Shown: positions 9,374-20,185 of the stretch, in pieces
Layout: each line of letters opens with the position of its first letter
Numbering within the stretch: the first letter of the stretch is position 1
Source of the DNA: a virus
DNA: 64,000 nucleotides
Virus record (IMG/VR): IMGVR_UViG_3300019757_000003
Coordinates: 1 to 64,000 of that record
Direction: 5' to 3' (one strand)
Notes under the pieces: generated by a model
What the model was told of the DNA's origin: nothing
The model's database searches: none
What the model saw: the letters and a program-made list of their open reading frames with translations, nothing else
Translations under genes and position numbers: made by a program

Positions 9374-9565
9374 ACTTCAGTAACCTCAATAAAACCTCTA
9401 TTACAATTATACTCTCATACTACCATATATGATTGTCCCTAATTCAGAGGTTTAGAGGGTACTGAAGTTACCTAATAAGCTAAAACTTATCCAACAACTC
9501 TATAAGAATATACTCATACACTACCATATGTATTTGTCCCTAGATCTTGGAGTTAGAGTGAGTTT
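9374..9565 (+). ncRNA. two tandem long hairpins with conserved terminal loop and bulge (putative structured RNA)
   Basis: Unit 1 9374-9468, unit 2 9483-9565; stems differ in sequence but pair; shared loop CTC.....CTACCATA and bulge TGTCCCTA. Confidence 0.5.
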
Positions 9566-9769
9566 GGTGGTTTGGACCTACAATCTAATGCTCGTACCTT
9601 GAGTCTAGCTCAAAGTCGAGTCCACAGTCGAACTGAAATAACTCAGTCCCTTCGTTTGTTAGATAAAAGGGAGAACCTTTTAAGACCTCATATGAACTTA
9701 TTTTCTTAATTATCTAACGTCTCAGTAAGACGATAACTGCTACACATTCAAGTTTAAAGGACTTACACA

Positions 9770-10273
9770 ATGGAAAACACAGAAAACACAACAGTGACAG
9801 TAGAGAGTTTAGTAGTATCGGCAACCAAAGCCTTGAGTGAGCATGGAAGAGATAGATTACTAGCTAGATTAGCTTCTGAATCAAGAATGTTTAAATTACA
9901 GCAAGATAGAACGTATGGGCTTAGAACTCGTGATGAATCTGAAGAAGCTGCTTTAGTAACACTACTTTCTCAAAGAAAGAAGAACAAAGTAGAGAACACT
10001 GATGAAGACAGAAGTTTAAAATCTATCCAAGACGGTCAAACTATGTATATTGCCTCATTGCTAGAATATGCTAAGTTGCCGAAAGTCATTCAAAAGATTA
10101 TGTCTTATGTCGAGATATGTGGTGGATTATTTCAGGAGAGAACTCAGTACAACCGTATCCCAGAAGGTTATATGCTGACTGACAAAGATATGGACAGTAT
10201 CGAGGTCTATGAAGATTTAATCCTAGACTGGTATGCTACAGCTGGTACAGAGACTGATTACTCACATCTCTAA
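9770..10273 (+). CDS. hypothetical early protein
   Basis: 167 aa ORF with an AAAGGA RBS. Confidence 0.7.
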   Translation: MENTENTTVTVESLVVSATKALSEHGRDRLLARLASESRMFKLQQDRTYGLRTRDESEEAALVTLLSQRKKNKVENTDEDRSLKSIQDGQTMYIASLLEYAKLPKVIQKIMSYVEICGGLFQERTQYNRIPEGYMLTDKDMDSIEVYEDLILDWYATAGTETDYSHL

Positions 10274-11385
10274 ACCACTTCCTCTTCGGAGGATAACCAA
10301 ATCCCCTTAGGGGAGTTAAAAAATTAGAGCTATTTAAGAGCTATTTAGTAGCTTTTAATTATCTTAAATTTAAAGGAAAGAAAGATGAACTTAACAAACA
10401 TAGAATTAGCACAATACTTAGCTGAAGAGCTGGGTAAGTTGTTTACAGACATGGTAAGAGAGATGATGAGATTAGGTTATAAGTTTAATCTAATAGAAGT
10501 GGCTTGTGCTAATCATATAGTACAGAGATAAACAAATTAAAATAAAAGGAAGTACAATGTTAGTAATTACATACTGCGTAAACAATTGCGATAGAACTCT
10601 GGCTATAAGCAAAGAGGAGCTTGAAAAAGACATAAGAGCCATAAAAGACTTCAGACAAAGTAGCAACACTCAGTACTATTATTCAGCAGAAGAAGCTGCA
10701 ATAAGAGACATGATTCCTGAAATGGATAGAAATTGTGGATATGATGTTAAGGAAATCAATCTAGCCTAATTCGCTTAGGGAGATTAGAAAATAAGAGCTA
10801 TTTATAGTTTTAGTTATATTAAATCAAAGGAATAGAAATGTACACAGTAATAAACACAAAAATAGTAGGAGTACAAAAAGTACTCCATACTTACGAAGAG
10901 TTACAGGCAGAATTTGAAGGAATAGATTTTCCTAACGATACATATACACACTATCATACAGAAGATGGGATAGAATATCTCATTCAAAGATGGGAAGTAT
11001 ATACCGTTTCTTAGAGTATACTAAGGTATGTTCTATAGAGGTGGTAACTCTAGGTCTTGGTAATAGTAACCTCTCTTTTTATAGGAGAGTGCATGTAAAT
11101 CATTAAACAACCAAACAAAAATTCAAAATAAAGGATAAGTAATGTTATACACAGTAGACACTAATGGTTTAGTTACCGTTATTAAATAAATTAGAGTATC
11201 AGAGCTATTTAGACTATTTACTAAACTCAACAATACTCAAGGGTAAGTTTAGTTAGTATATAAAATAGAATTTGACTACTAGACTAGGATTAGATACATT
11301 AGTCCTTAAGGTTTAGTTATTTGGGATAATCCCACCAATCCTCCTTGACTATAGTACTATGTATAAGAGGAAGATCTTTATTTAG

Positions 11386-11416
11386 ATTTCCGAAATAATA
11401 TACGGATTTCCGAAAT
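11386..11416. promoter_or_regulatory. two ATTTC-C-GAAAT palindromes 20 bp apart (putative operator or parS-like sites)
   Basis: atttccgaaat at 11386-11396 and 11406-11416, upstream of the sigma70 promoter. Confidence 0.5.
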
Positions 11417-11441
11417 GTATTAATAAAAGTCTACTAAAAGT

Positions 11442-11470
11442 TTGACTTTTGTTAGATATTGTGCTATAAT
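11442..11470 (+). promoter_or_regulatory. consensus sigma70 promoter
   Basis: TTGACT (11442-11447), 17 nt spacer containing TG at the extended -10 position, TATAAT (11465-11470). Confidence 0.8.
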
Positions 11471-11495
11471 TACACATAACTAAGAAGGAGTTATT

Positions 11496-11663
11496 ATGAA
11501 AGAACAGATTTTTACTAACATAAAAGTGTTAGATAGTGATAGGCGAGTACTTAAAGTACTAGCAAAGCAGCAAGGTATGACATTATATGGTTTAGTGCAT
11601 AAACTAGTAACAAAAGAAGTAGACCACAAGGTCATTGATAAGGACATAAGTGAATCAGAGTAA
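11496..11663 (+). CDS. small ribbon-helix-helix-like DNA-binding protein
   Basis: AAGGAG RBS; 55 aa MKEQIFTNIKVLDSDRRVLKVLAKQQGMTLYGLVHKLV has a beta-helix-G-helix pattern; below the ORF-track size cutoff. Confidence 0.55.
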   Translation: MKEQIFTNIKVLDSDRRVLKVLAKQQGMTLYGLVHKLVTKEVDHKVIDKDISESE

Positions 11664-12522
11664 TGTATATACAACAGACCCTTATCAAGTAGTTTTTGAT
11701 ACTAAGATAGCTGGTTTCAACGAAAGAAAAGATGTAGCTAGTTATGAGTCTCTCAAGATGCAGATAGAGGAATACGGACAGCTAGAACCTATAATTATGA
11801 GAAATGGACTATGCTGTGATGGTCGTCATAGGTGTAAAGTAGCTCAAGAACTGAGTATACAAGTTAATGCTATAGATATAGATCCTTCTACATCTGATGC
11901 AGATGTAATAGTACTATGTAACTCTAATATATTCGGTGGACGCAATAATAGTGCTACACAACTAGCTATTAAGGCATTTATGTTAGTAGAACAATTTGGG
12001 TACAGTGATGTAAAAGCTATAGCATTAACTGGTCTTAAAGATAAGAGAGCTATAGGTTACGTCAGAAGAGTTAAAGCATCTAAACTGGATAAACAGTTTA
12101 AGATTATAGCCACTCTATTAGAGGGAAAATCTGTCAAACTTGGAGAGAAAAACTCTAAGTCAATAGAAGTAATTAAAAAGGAAATAGTCAAAATGGAAGA
12201 AGAGGAGTTTCTTAAAAACAAAGTAGAGATTAAGCCACTTGAATACAACTATAATGAGCTACTAGACTCTGAGCTAGCTAGAGATAAATTCTGGTCTATT
12301 CAGCATGGTATGTCCAGTGATAGTAAATTACAATTAATAGGTGTCCTAAACGCCTTATATAGAATAGTTGACTTAGAAGAACAGAGCACTATAACAGATA
12401 GTGAACTACAGTTTATTAACTCAATAGTAGAGCAAGTTTTAAATCAATCAAATACAGTACAGAAACTAGTGCAGAATAGTATAATTGAGTCAGTACTGGC
12501 TTCTAAAACAAATACACATTAG
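11650..12522 (+). CDS. ParB/Srx N-terminal domain protein
   Basis: LKMQIEEYGQLEPIIMRNGLCCDGRHRCKVA matches the ParB-N DGxHR motif; GTG start after AAGGA. Confidence 0.75.
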   Translation: MNQSNVYTTDPYQVVFDTKIAGFNERKDVASYESLKMQIEEYGQLEPIIMRNGLCCDGRHRCKVAQELSIQVNAIDIDPSTSDADVIVLCNSNIFGGRNNSATQLAIKAFMLVEQFGYSDVKAIALTGLKDKRAIGYVRRVKASKLDKQFKIIATLLEGKSVKLGEKNSKSIEVIKKEIVKMEEEEFLKNKVEIKPLEYNYNELLDSELARDKFWSIQHGMSSDSKLQLIGVLNALYRIVDLEEQSTITDSELQFINSIVEQVLNQSNTVQKLVQNSIIESVLASKTNTH

Positions 12523-12640
12523 TGTTAAAGGATAAATAATACAAGAAGAGTACACAATAGATAATCAACTCTTCAAACAAGCTATACCTTAAAGTGAGGT
12601 ATAGTAAGTTACTAACAAATTCAAATTAAAAGGACATAAG

Positions 12641-12844
12641 ATGAAAAAGAAAATACTTTTACTAGTACTACTAGTAATACTATTCACAGGATGTGAGCGA
12701 AATCAGGATATAGATAGATCGCAGAGTTACAAACCAGACATAAAGGAAATATGCTATGATGGAACTGTTTACTTAAGGTTCAACAATGGTTCGCATGCTT
12801 TTGGGGCAGTTAAAATGCCTTTAGAAAAATGTAAATCAAATTAA
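12641..12844 (+). CDS. small lipoprotein
   Basis: MKKKILLLVLLVILFTGC lipobox. Confidence 0.65.
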   Translation: MKKKILLLVLLVILFTGCERNQDIDRSQSYKPDIKEICYDGTVYLRFNNGSHAFGAVKMPLEKCKSN

Positions 12845-13169
12845 AAAGGAAGCAAAATGCAAGAAATACTAGATGAGATAGATGAAATTGAGTTAGACTT
12901 AGAAATAGCTGAGGCTAATGATGAAGATGAAGAGTACATTAATATATTACAAACTCAACTCTCACATTTAGAATACAAACGAGACAATCTGAACATTAGT
13001 TCTATCTGAACAAATAAGCTCTAGGATGGATTTTAACAGCTTAAAATATTTAGGTAACAAACTTACTTAAATAAAATTTTAAAGTCTGTTATTTGGTGAG
13101 TTAGGTACACTAAGAGCTACTTAACATTTAACAGTATTTAAGAAACTCAATAATAAATAAAGGAGTGAT

Positions 13170-13811
13170 ATGTACCAAAAAGAACTAGATAATATAAGTA
13201 CTAAAATAAAGTACTTAAAGGATAAAGCTAGAATTATACGAAAAATGAGAGATGGTAAAACCTTTATAAAAAGAGGTAAAAATATACTTGGAACTTTTGT
13301 CTCATTGGAGAACATAGTTAAACCTCATTTTGATTTAGAAGGAGTTGTTAAGTACACAACTAAAGTTAAACAACAGGAGTCTATTTGGAGACTACCTTCT
13401 AGTAAAGAGTATGAAAGATGCTTAGTTGGACCTAAAGAAAAGAGAGGTGATCCTAAAGATTTTACAAATTGCGATATATATAACTTTGGAGGTAGAGACC
13501 GTATATGTTTCAGAACTGACAATAATATGGATCTATATTTCTATCACGAACAAAATTCTAACTCCTATAGAGATAATGCTCACAATAGAGCAGCCTTACA
13601 AGATGTTGGTTGTGTAAATATGTCAAATGGACGTAGACCTTTTAGACTAGTTAGAGCTATTGAAAGAGATACAACTAACACTTATAGCTGGTATAATGAA
13701 GACAAACTAGACACGTTAGAATGGTTTGATATGCCTCTAGCTGATAAGTATAAGGGATACTCTTTACAAGAGACAATAGATTATATAGACAACCTAAATG
13801 AAAAGGATTAA
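13170..13811 (+). CDS. hypothetical protein
   Basis: 213 aa ORF with an AAGGAG RBS. Confidence 0.65.
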   Translation: MYQKELDNISTKIKYLKDKARIIRKMRDGKTFIKRGKNILGTFVSLENIVKPHFDLEGVVKYTTKVKQQESIWRLPSSKEYERCLVGPKEKRGDPKDFTNCDIYNFGGRDRICFRTDNNMDLYFYHEQNSNSYRDNAHNRAALQDVGCVNMSNGRRPFRLVRAIERDTTNTYSWYNEDKLDTLEWFDMPLADKYKGYSLQETIDYIDNLNEKD

Positions 13812-14157
13812 TATGTACAGAATAGCATGGAGAAGTAAGCATACAGGGTATGAGGGTAATGGAGAATATTGTTTTAAAACACTAGAAGATGTTACTAGAG
13901 AAGTAGAGTGTGCTAATAATAAACGGTCTCAAGATGTATTTCATTGGTTTGAGAAAGAACCTAATGAGGATTAGATACAGAGTATTAGTCAAGCTGGACT
14001 TAAAAGGAAGATAGGTTACTACTAATCACAGTAACTGAATAGAGGCATTTGATACTGTCCCATAGCTATTTATGAATAAATAGGACAAGTAAACTTAACC
14101 AACTTACTGTTAAAACGCTGAGTACCTTTGGTGGGTACTAGTAAATTATAGTTACTG

Positions 14158-14235
14158 TCTAAAACAACCTAATATCACATTGAATGTGACTCTGTAGAGA
14201 AAAAATGGGTTTGAATCCCTCTAGGTTGTTTTAGA
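14158..14235 (+). ncRNA. cloverleaf-like structured element
   Basis: Perfect 14-bp closing stem (14158-14171/14222-14235) enclosing three hairpins, the last GGG-TTTGAAT-CCC resembling a T-arm. Confidence 0.4.
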
Positions 14236-14461
14236 GAGTGGCTTGTTACGAGTCACATAAGAAATAAACAACTATAAAATTCCAAGCTAAAGAGCAAAGA
14301 CTTGGAAATTATATGTAAGTCATATAAGAAATCAACATAGTGAATCTATGCTCTGTAAACAAGAAGGACAACTTTAAACCAACCTCTTCGGAGGTAAGAC
14401 CAATTTATATTATTTAAGTACATTTAGATGTATTTAATTATATTAAATTAAAGGATGAGAA

Positions 14462-14953
14462 ATGTTTAAAGTATTTAAGCCAAGAGAGATACCGATAGAA
14501 TACTCTCAATATCAATTCAGATTTCTTAAACTAGCTGTTGAGCAAGGTGAATTAAACCTAAGCCCTTCTTATCAAAGAGGGGACGAATGGGATTTATCTG
14601 ACCAAATAAAGCTTATAGAGTCTGTATTTAATAGAGTAGATATAGGTAGAGTGTTGCTAAAGAACTTTGATAATAGTCAAGGTATTATGGAAGTTATTGA
14701 TGGTAAACAGAGAATTACTGCTTTAACAGATTACATGGCAAATAAGTTTGAAGTTAAGGGTTATCTTTATTCAGACTTACCTGAACTAGATAGATCTACA
14801 TTCTTAAACCATCATATAGGTATAGGATTTGTAGATGGTAGAGTAAGTGATGATAAGGTTAAAGAGATATTCTTAGCTGTTAATACTAATGGTCGAACTG
14901 TGTCAGATGAGCACTTAGATAATGTTAAAAAACAATTAAAATTAAAGGATTAA
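14462..14953 (+). CDS. DUF262 (GmrSD N-terminal, ParB-like) domain protein
   Basis: PSYQRGDEW, EVIDGKQRITAL, IFLAVNTNG. Confidence 0.8.
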   Translation: MFKVFKPREIPIEYSQYQFRFLKLAVEQGELNLSPSYQRGDEWDLSDQIKLIESVFNRVDIGRVLLKNFDNSQGIMEVIDGKQRITALTDYMANKFEVKGYLYSDLPELDRSTFLNHHIGIGFVDGRVSDDKVKEIFLAVNTNGRTVSDEHLDNVKKQLKLKD

Positions 14954-15774
14954 ACAATGTTTAAAAATCACCACAGAGGTGACTGGCATTACGAACAGCA
15001 CGGTAGAGATTATCTAAAAATAGGTCCTCATGATATGGACGATGTAGAGTATAAAGTACAAGAAGATGGCTCAGTATTCATACCAGAAGTTGAGAGGTAC
15101 TTTACTACTTTAGAAAAAGCCTATACTACTCTAAATGCAGAATGGGTTAAAAACGAGTGGGATACATAATAAATATCCTACTAACAAATTAAAGTAAAAG
15201 GATTAACAAATGTTATTGGGAGAAACAGTTAAAGTGAAAGTTGTAGGTTCAAAAGGAAATGATTACTTCTACGAAAAAGATGGAAAACTTAAAGGTATTC
15301 ACACACATTATGACCTTAGTTTTAATAAGTGCTACTCTGGTGCTAACACAGACTTTAACTTAGATGAGTTAAACCAAAAGTCAAATGATGAGATAGAAGT
15401 AGAGTTTGTGGAGAGATTCGAGGGTGCTGGTCCATTAAGAATGGACATGACAATCCAGTCGATGGAGAAGATTATCAATGCAAACTACTTTAAGTACACA
15501 TCTAAATTTAGAGTAGATGGTGATAAATTTCAAGAGTACGAATGGTCAGATGTTGATACTTTACTAAAGTTCAATCACAGAATAATAGTAGGTAACATGG
15601 AGATTAAAGAGACTTACCCTGGATACAAAGTGATAATGGAGGTAGATGGTGCTAAGTATGAGAGAAGATTTCAGTACAATGAATTCTACTCTTTTGATCA
15701 TATAGTTGGTGGTATTGTCTTCAATCCAATAGAAGACTTAGTAAAATAAAGAAAGATTATTTAAAGGATAAATA

Positions 15775-16173
15775 ATGAGAGAACTGAAAGTAGGCGATTG
15801 GTACTACAACAAATACTTTAACACACTACACCAAATTAAAGAACTTATAGTAGGACATCCTATACACGATAATGTTGTTAAATGGGTAGTTGTTGGTGAT
15901 TGGCAAATAGACTTAGATAAACTGGATGATAAATTTGAACTATGGAAACCTGCTGAAGGTGATTGGTGTTGGTTTTGGGCTGATAAGATGTCTATACCTC
16001 TTTTAGGAGAACTAATAGAAATTGTGAAAGATACTGTGTCGGAGAGACCAGATTCATACAGAGCAAGAGTAGCTATAGTAACAGACCAGACATCAGATAC
16101 AACACAAATAGTTTATATGAAATTTTGTGAACCATATTTAGGTGAACTACCTAATATGTTAAAGGATAAGTAA
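15775..16173 (+). CDS. hypothetical protein, similar to the C-terminal half of 34454-35122
   Basis: LKVGDW...ELWKPAEGDWCWF...EP...LKD versus FRLGDW...TLWEPVHDKFCVM...AP...IKD. Confidence 0.55.
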   Translation: MRELKVGDWYYNKYFNTLHQIKELIVGHPIHDNVVKWVVVGDWQIDLDKLDDKFELWKPAEGDWCWFWADKMSIPLLGELIEIVKDTVSERPDSYRARVAIVTDQTSDTTQIVYMKFCEPYLGELPNMLKDK

Positions 16174-19100
16174 TGTACAGATTAATAAGATGGTTCTTTA
16201 TAGGAACTTGGGAGTTACCAAAGAGATGTGAGCATACTTATGAAGTGTATCATGTAGGAAATACAAACATTAACAGATACATAACATCAAGATGTTCTAA
16301 GTGTGGTAAGATGACTACACATAGTGTATTGTAAGTTATTTAAAGGCTTAGGTGAGTAAGTTATTACCTAAAGTTTTTAAGTGCCTTAATAGGCTAATTA
16401 GATAGCAAGAAACCAAATTAAAAGGAAAGAGTTATGCAAACTATATTTACAGTAGTAGAAGAAATGCCTTTATGGGACAACACTAAGAAGTATACTAGAA
16501 CTAGCTTCAGTAATAGAGAGTCTGCTGAAGGGCTAGCTAAGAAGTTAACCAAGGAGATACCAGAATGCACTTACTCTGTAGAAGAAAGTAAAGTATATTC
16601 ATCTGATGAAGAGCATATGGAAGACCTATTCTCAAGAAAAGGTTCATAGACTCACCTAAGGGTGGTTCTATTGAGTTTTTATTAAGACTTAAATTTAAAA
16701 TTAAAGGAAACAAATACACTAGACCGACTCAGGTCAATGAATATAGACTTAATAGTAAATCACTTAGATTGAAATTAAGCTAGAGCAACTCATACCACTT
16801 AAGGTATGTTTCTGCTAGATTAGACTTATTTAAGTACATAAAGTGTATTTAATTAAATCAAATTAAAAGGATGAAATATGCACAAATTTACAATAGATGA
16901 GTTTGACAAACTAATTAAGGAGTACAAGATCTTGAAAATAACTTCTTGGATAACACTAAAACAAGTAAAAGAACTGAACAGATTGTTTGATGATGGGAAC
17001 AAGATAGGTGGAGACCTACAAGCTATCAACAATAAAAAGAACTACAACAAAGTTTTAGAAGACAGATTCTGTGGATTATCTAAAGAAGAAATAGAAGAGT
17101 TTTACACTCTTAACTTTAAAGCGTTCTACATGACACAAGTTGAATTACTTAGGTATGTGGAACTCCAAAACAAGTGGGTTACTAGTATAAGAAATGCTTT
17201 AACTTACGCTAACACAGAGATCGACACTTATATAGACTTTAGAATTGTACAAGGTTCAGCACACTTTAAAGATAAAGATGTAGTTGTTATAGAGGATACT
17301 AAAATAAAGGATAGAGATGAATCCATTTAGACAAGAGATAACAGATAATGTAGTATTTAGACTTATTATAGAGGTAACTCTTCTATTAGTAGTTGCAGTA
17401 CTATTGGCAATAGCAACAGAAGGAGACGTAATGATTATACTTATGTCATTAAGTATGGGGTTTTACACCTACTCAGTGGATAAAGAGATTGAGAACCAAA
17501 TTAAAAAAGGATAAAAGATGCAACACATAGAAGAATGGTTGGAAGATAGATACATTACTTGTAATGAAGATGAAGAATATGCTAGAGCTTTCTTTATTAT
17601 TAAAGTAGCTTTTAATGCAGTAAATACACAGCATATTGCACCTATTATGCACCAACATAAGCTATTTTGTACTTACAAAGGTAAAGAGTACAGATGTACT
17701 GGATGTAGTGATATAGGAGATATTTGGTTAAGAGTAGACTTTACTAAAGATAGTGGATATGACCAAGGTATGAGAGTAGACATTAATGAATGTTCTAACT
17801 TCACTAAGCTACCTAGTAAAGAGTGTAGTTGTGCAGATTTTCAACATAAGGATATGAGATGAGGATATATTTCAAAGAGGATGATGAGATTGAGACTGAA
17901 GTGTTTAGTGATATAGCAAACCTAGAGCAACTTCATAGAGAATTAGACGAGCAATATGAGTATTGGTCTGAAGACAAGGGAGACATAGTAGCTGTAACTA
18001 TAGACAATCTTTATAAGGATTTAGATATAGTGACAAAGAAGTTGGCTAACCTAACATTTGAAGATGTGGCAGATGATTTAGGCATCAGAGATAGGTTACT
18101 AAATGAGCAATGTTTAATTGCTGGGCAATTACAAAACCTTGAGCTAAGGGAAGAAAATGGTAAGATTAGTGCATTAGAGTATATGACAGACAAGAATGAG
18201 TTAGTATTTAGAGTTACAGGAGAGATACTTATACCTGAAGATCAATTAGTTGATGTGGAGTTTAGTAGTAGGTTTACACCTATGGGACGGATAGTAGAGG
18301 GTAATTGCCCATACTGCAATGTTTACTTAAATACTTATACTGAAAATGCTTGTGATGGTTGTCCTATGTATGAAGCAGGCAACTATTGTGGAGATGGTGA
18401 TAGTGCTTTTAGTGTTACTTATGGTTTATGGGTAAAGAACGCTACAAAAGAAGATAGACAAGAGTTGTATGATTTAGGTGTAAAATACCTAGAAAGTAAT
18501 ACACACCAAACTCAATAACAAACTTTGAGTTTACCTAAAAAGTAACTCAATTCATCTCAATAACAAAATCGTAAAATAAAGGACTAAATATGTGCACAGA
18601 TGAGGATTTAACTCCTATCTATTTAAGGATATTAGGTGATGGTTATTTACTTGAAAGAGACCAATGGAGAGTAGACTGTATGTGGGAACTAGCTTGGAGT
18701 TCTATATTAGATGAGATAACTATAGCCCAAGATAAAGAGATAATAAGACTGGCAGAGCTTAGAGGTGAGAGTATAACTGATACTCTGTTAAACAACCTTA
18801 GACTGTTCAGGTATCTATAAAATTTAAAATAAAGGATGGTAAAATGACCGATGCTAGACTACAGCAATGGAAGAGAGAGATAGAGCAGAAAATCGAATAT
18901 ATAGAAGACTATATGTCAGACACCGACATGCCTGAATGGCTAAAAGAAGAGAAATTAAAACTTGATAGTAGAGTACTAGAACATCATAAATCTATGGTTT
19001 TCTATGACACTAAAAAAGAAGCTACAAATGCAGTAATATCTGGAGTAACTTTATATTGCAGATACAATAGTAAGTTAAACGAAAACCATACTGGTATGTA

Positions 19101-19648
19101 TATATTCACAGATGATGGTATAGTTAGTTTAGACTTACTTAAACCAGGAGGTAGGGACTACCATACTCCAATAAAGGACTATAGTAAAGTAAAAGTTTAC
19201 GAAATATACTCATTAAAGGATTAAAAAGATGGAAATCATAACAAAAGAAAGTCTTACACCTGATTTAGATGTAGTAACTACAGTAGACTTCGATAACGGA
19301 ATGTCGATTGATATAACCTCTATAGATAAACATGTGTACTATAACTACGATACTGCAGAGAGTGGATTTGAAGCATTTGTATATGCACAAGATGGGACAG
19401 GAGACTATACATCAACTGGAGTCTTGTTTAAGACTATTGAGGATGTAGAGAAACTATTAGCAGACGACAGAGAATTATTAGGCATTATTAAAGACTATAC
19501 AAACTAAAATAAAAGGACAGAAAATGAGAGTGACAACAGAAAAGTTGAGAATATACATAAAGCTAGGGTTTACAACATCTAAACAAGTTAAAGCATATTT
19601 AGATAGCTGGGATTTCTAATAAAAACAATTAAAAATAAAGGAAGTAAA

Positions 19649-20185
19649 ATGGATGTAAATACAGCTAGAGAGTTAGCAATACTAGCTCATAAAGATCAAT
19701 GGAGAAATCCTAACTTAATAACGAGTACTGATTGGGATTTGTATAAACAGAACGAACCTACAATAATGGGTAATGGCTGTAAGGTAGTATGGGTGTATAA
19801 AAACACATTTAATGTCTATGAGCCTTATGTAAACCATCCAATAGCTGTAGCAGATATGATGGATACAGATGAGTTAAAAATTCTAGCTTACTTGCATGAT
19901 GTTATTGAAAATACTGAAGCATTTCTAACTTACACTATTACTGGTGATAAAATTAGTTACAAGGGTGTTTTATATGATATTGATATGAGATTGAACGAAG
20001 GGTTGGAGTTTATGACACACAATAAAGAGATGTCGTATATAGATTACATAAAAAACATAGCTAGGCATAAAGACTTGTCTAAGTTAAAAGTAGCTGATAT
20101 AGTACATAACTTATCTTCTAACCCTAGTCCTAGAGCTGTAGAGAAATACATGAAAGCAATGTCAATATTATTAGCTAGTCTATAA
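19649..20185 (+). CDS. HD-domain hydrolase, RelA/SpoT/MESH1-like (small alarmone hydrolase-like)
   Basis: AILAHKDQWR, PYVNHPIAVA, AYLHDVIEN, KVADIVHNLS. Confidence 0.75.
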   Translation: MDVNTARELAILAHKDQWRNPNLITSTDWDLYKQNEPTIMGNGCKVVWVYKNTFNVYEPYVNHPIAVADMMDTDELKILAYLHDVIENTEAFLTYTITGDKISYKGVLYDIDMRLNEGLEFMTHNKEMSYIDYIKNIARHKDLSKLKVADIVHNLSSNPSPRAVEKYMKAMSILLASL

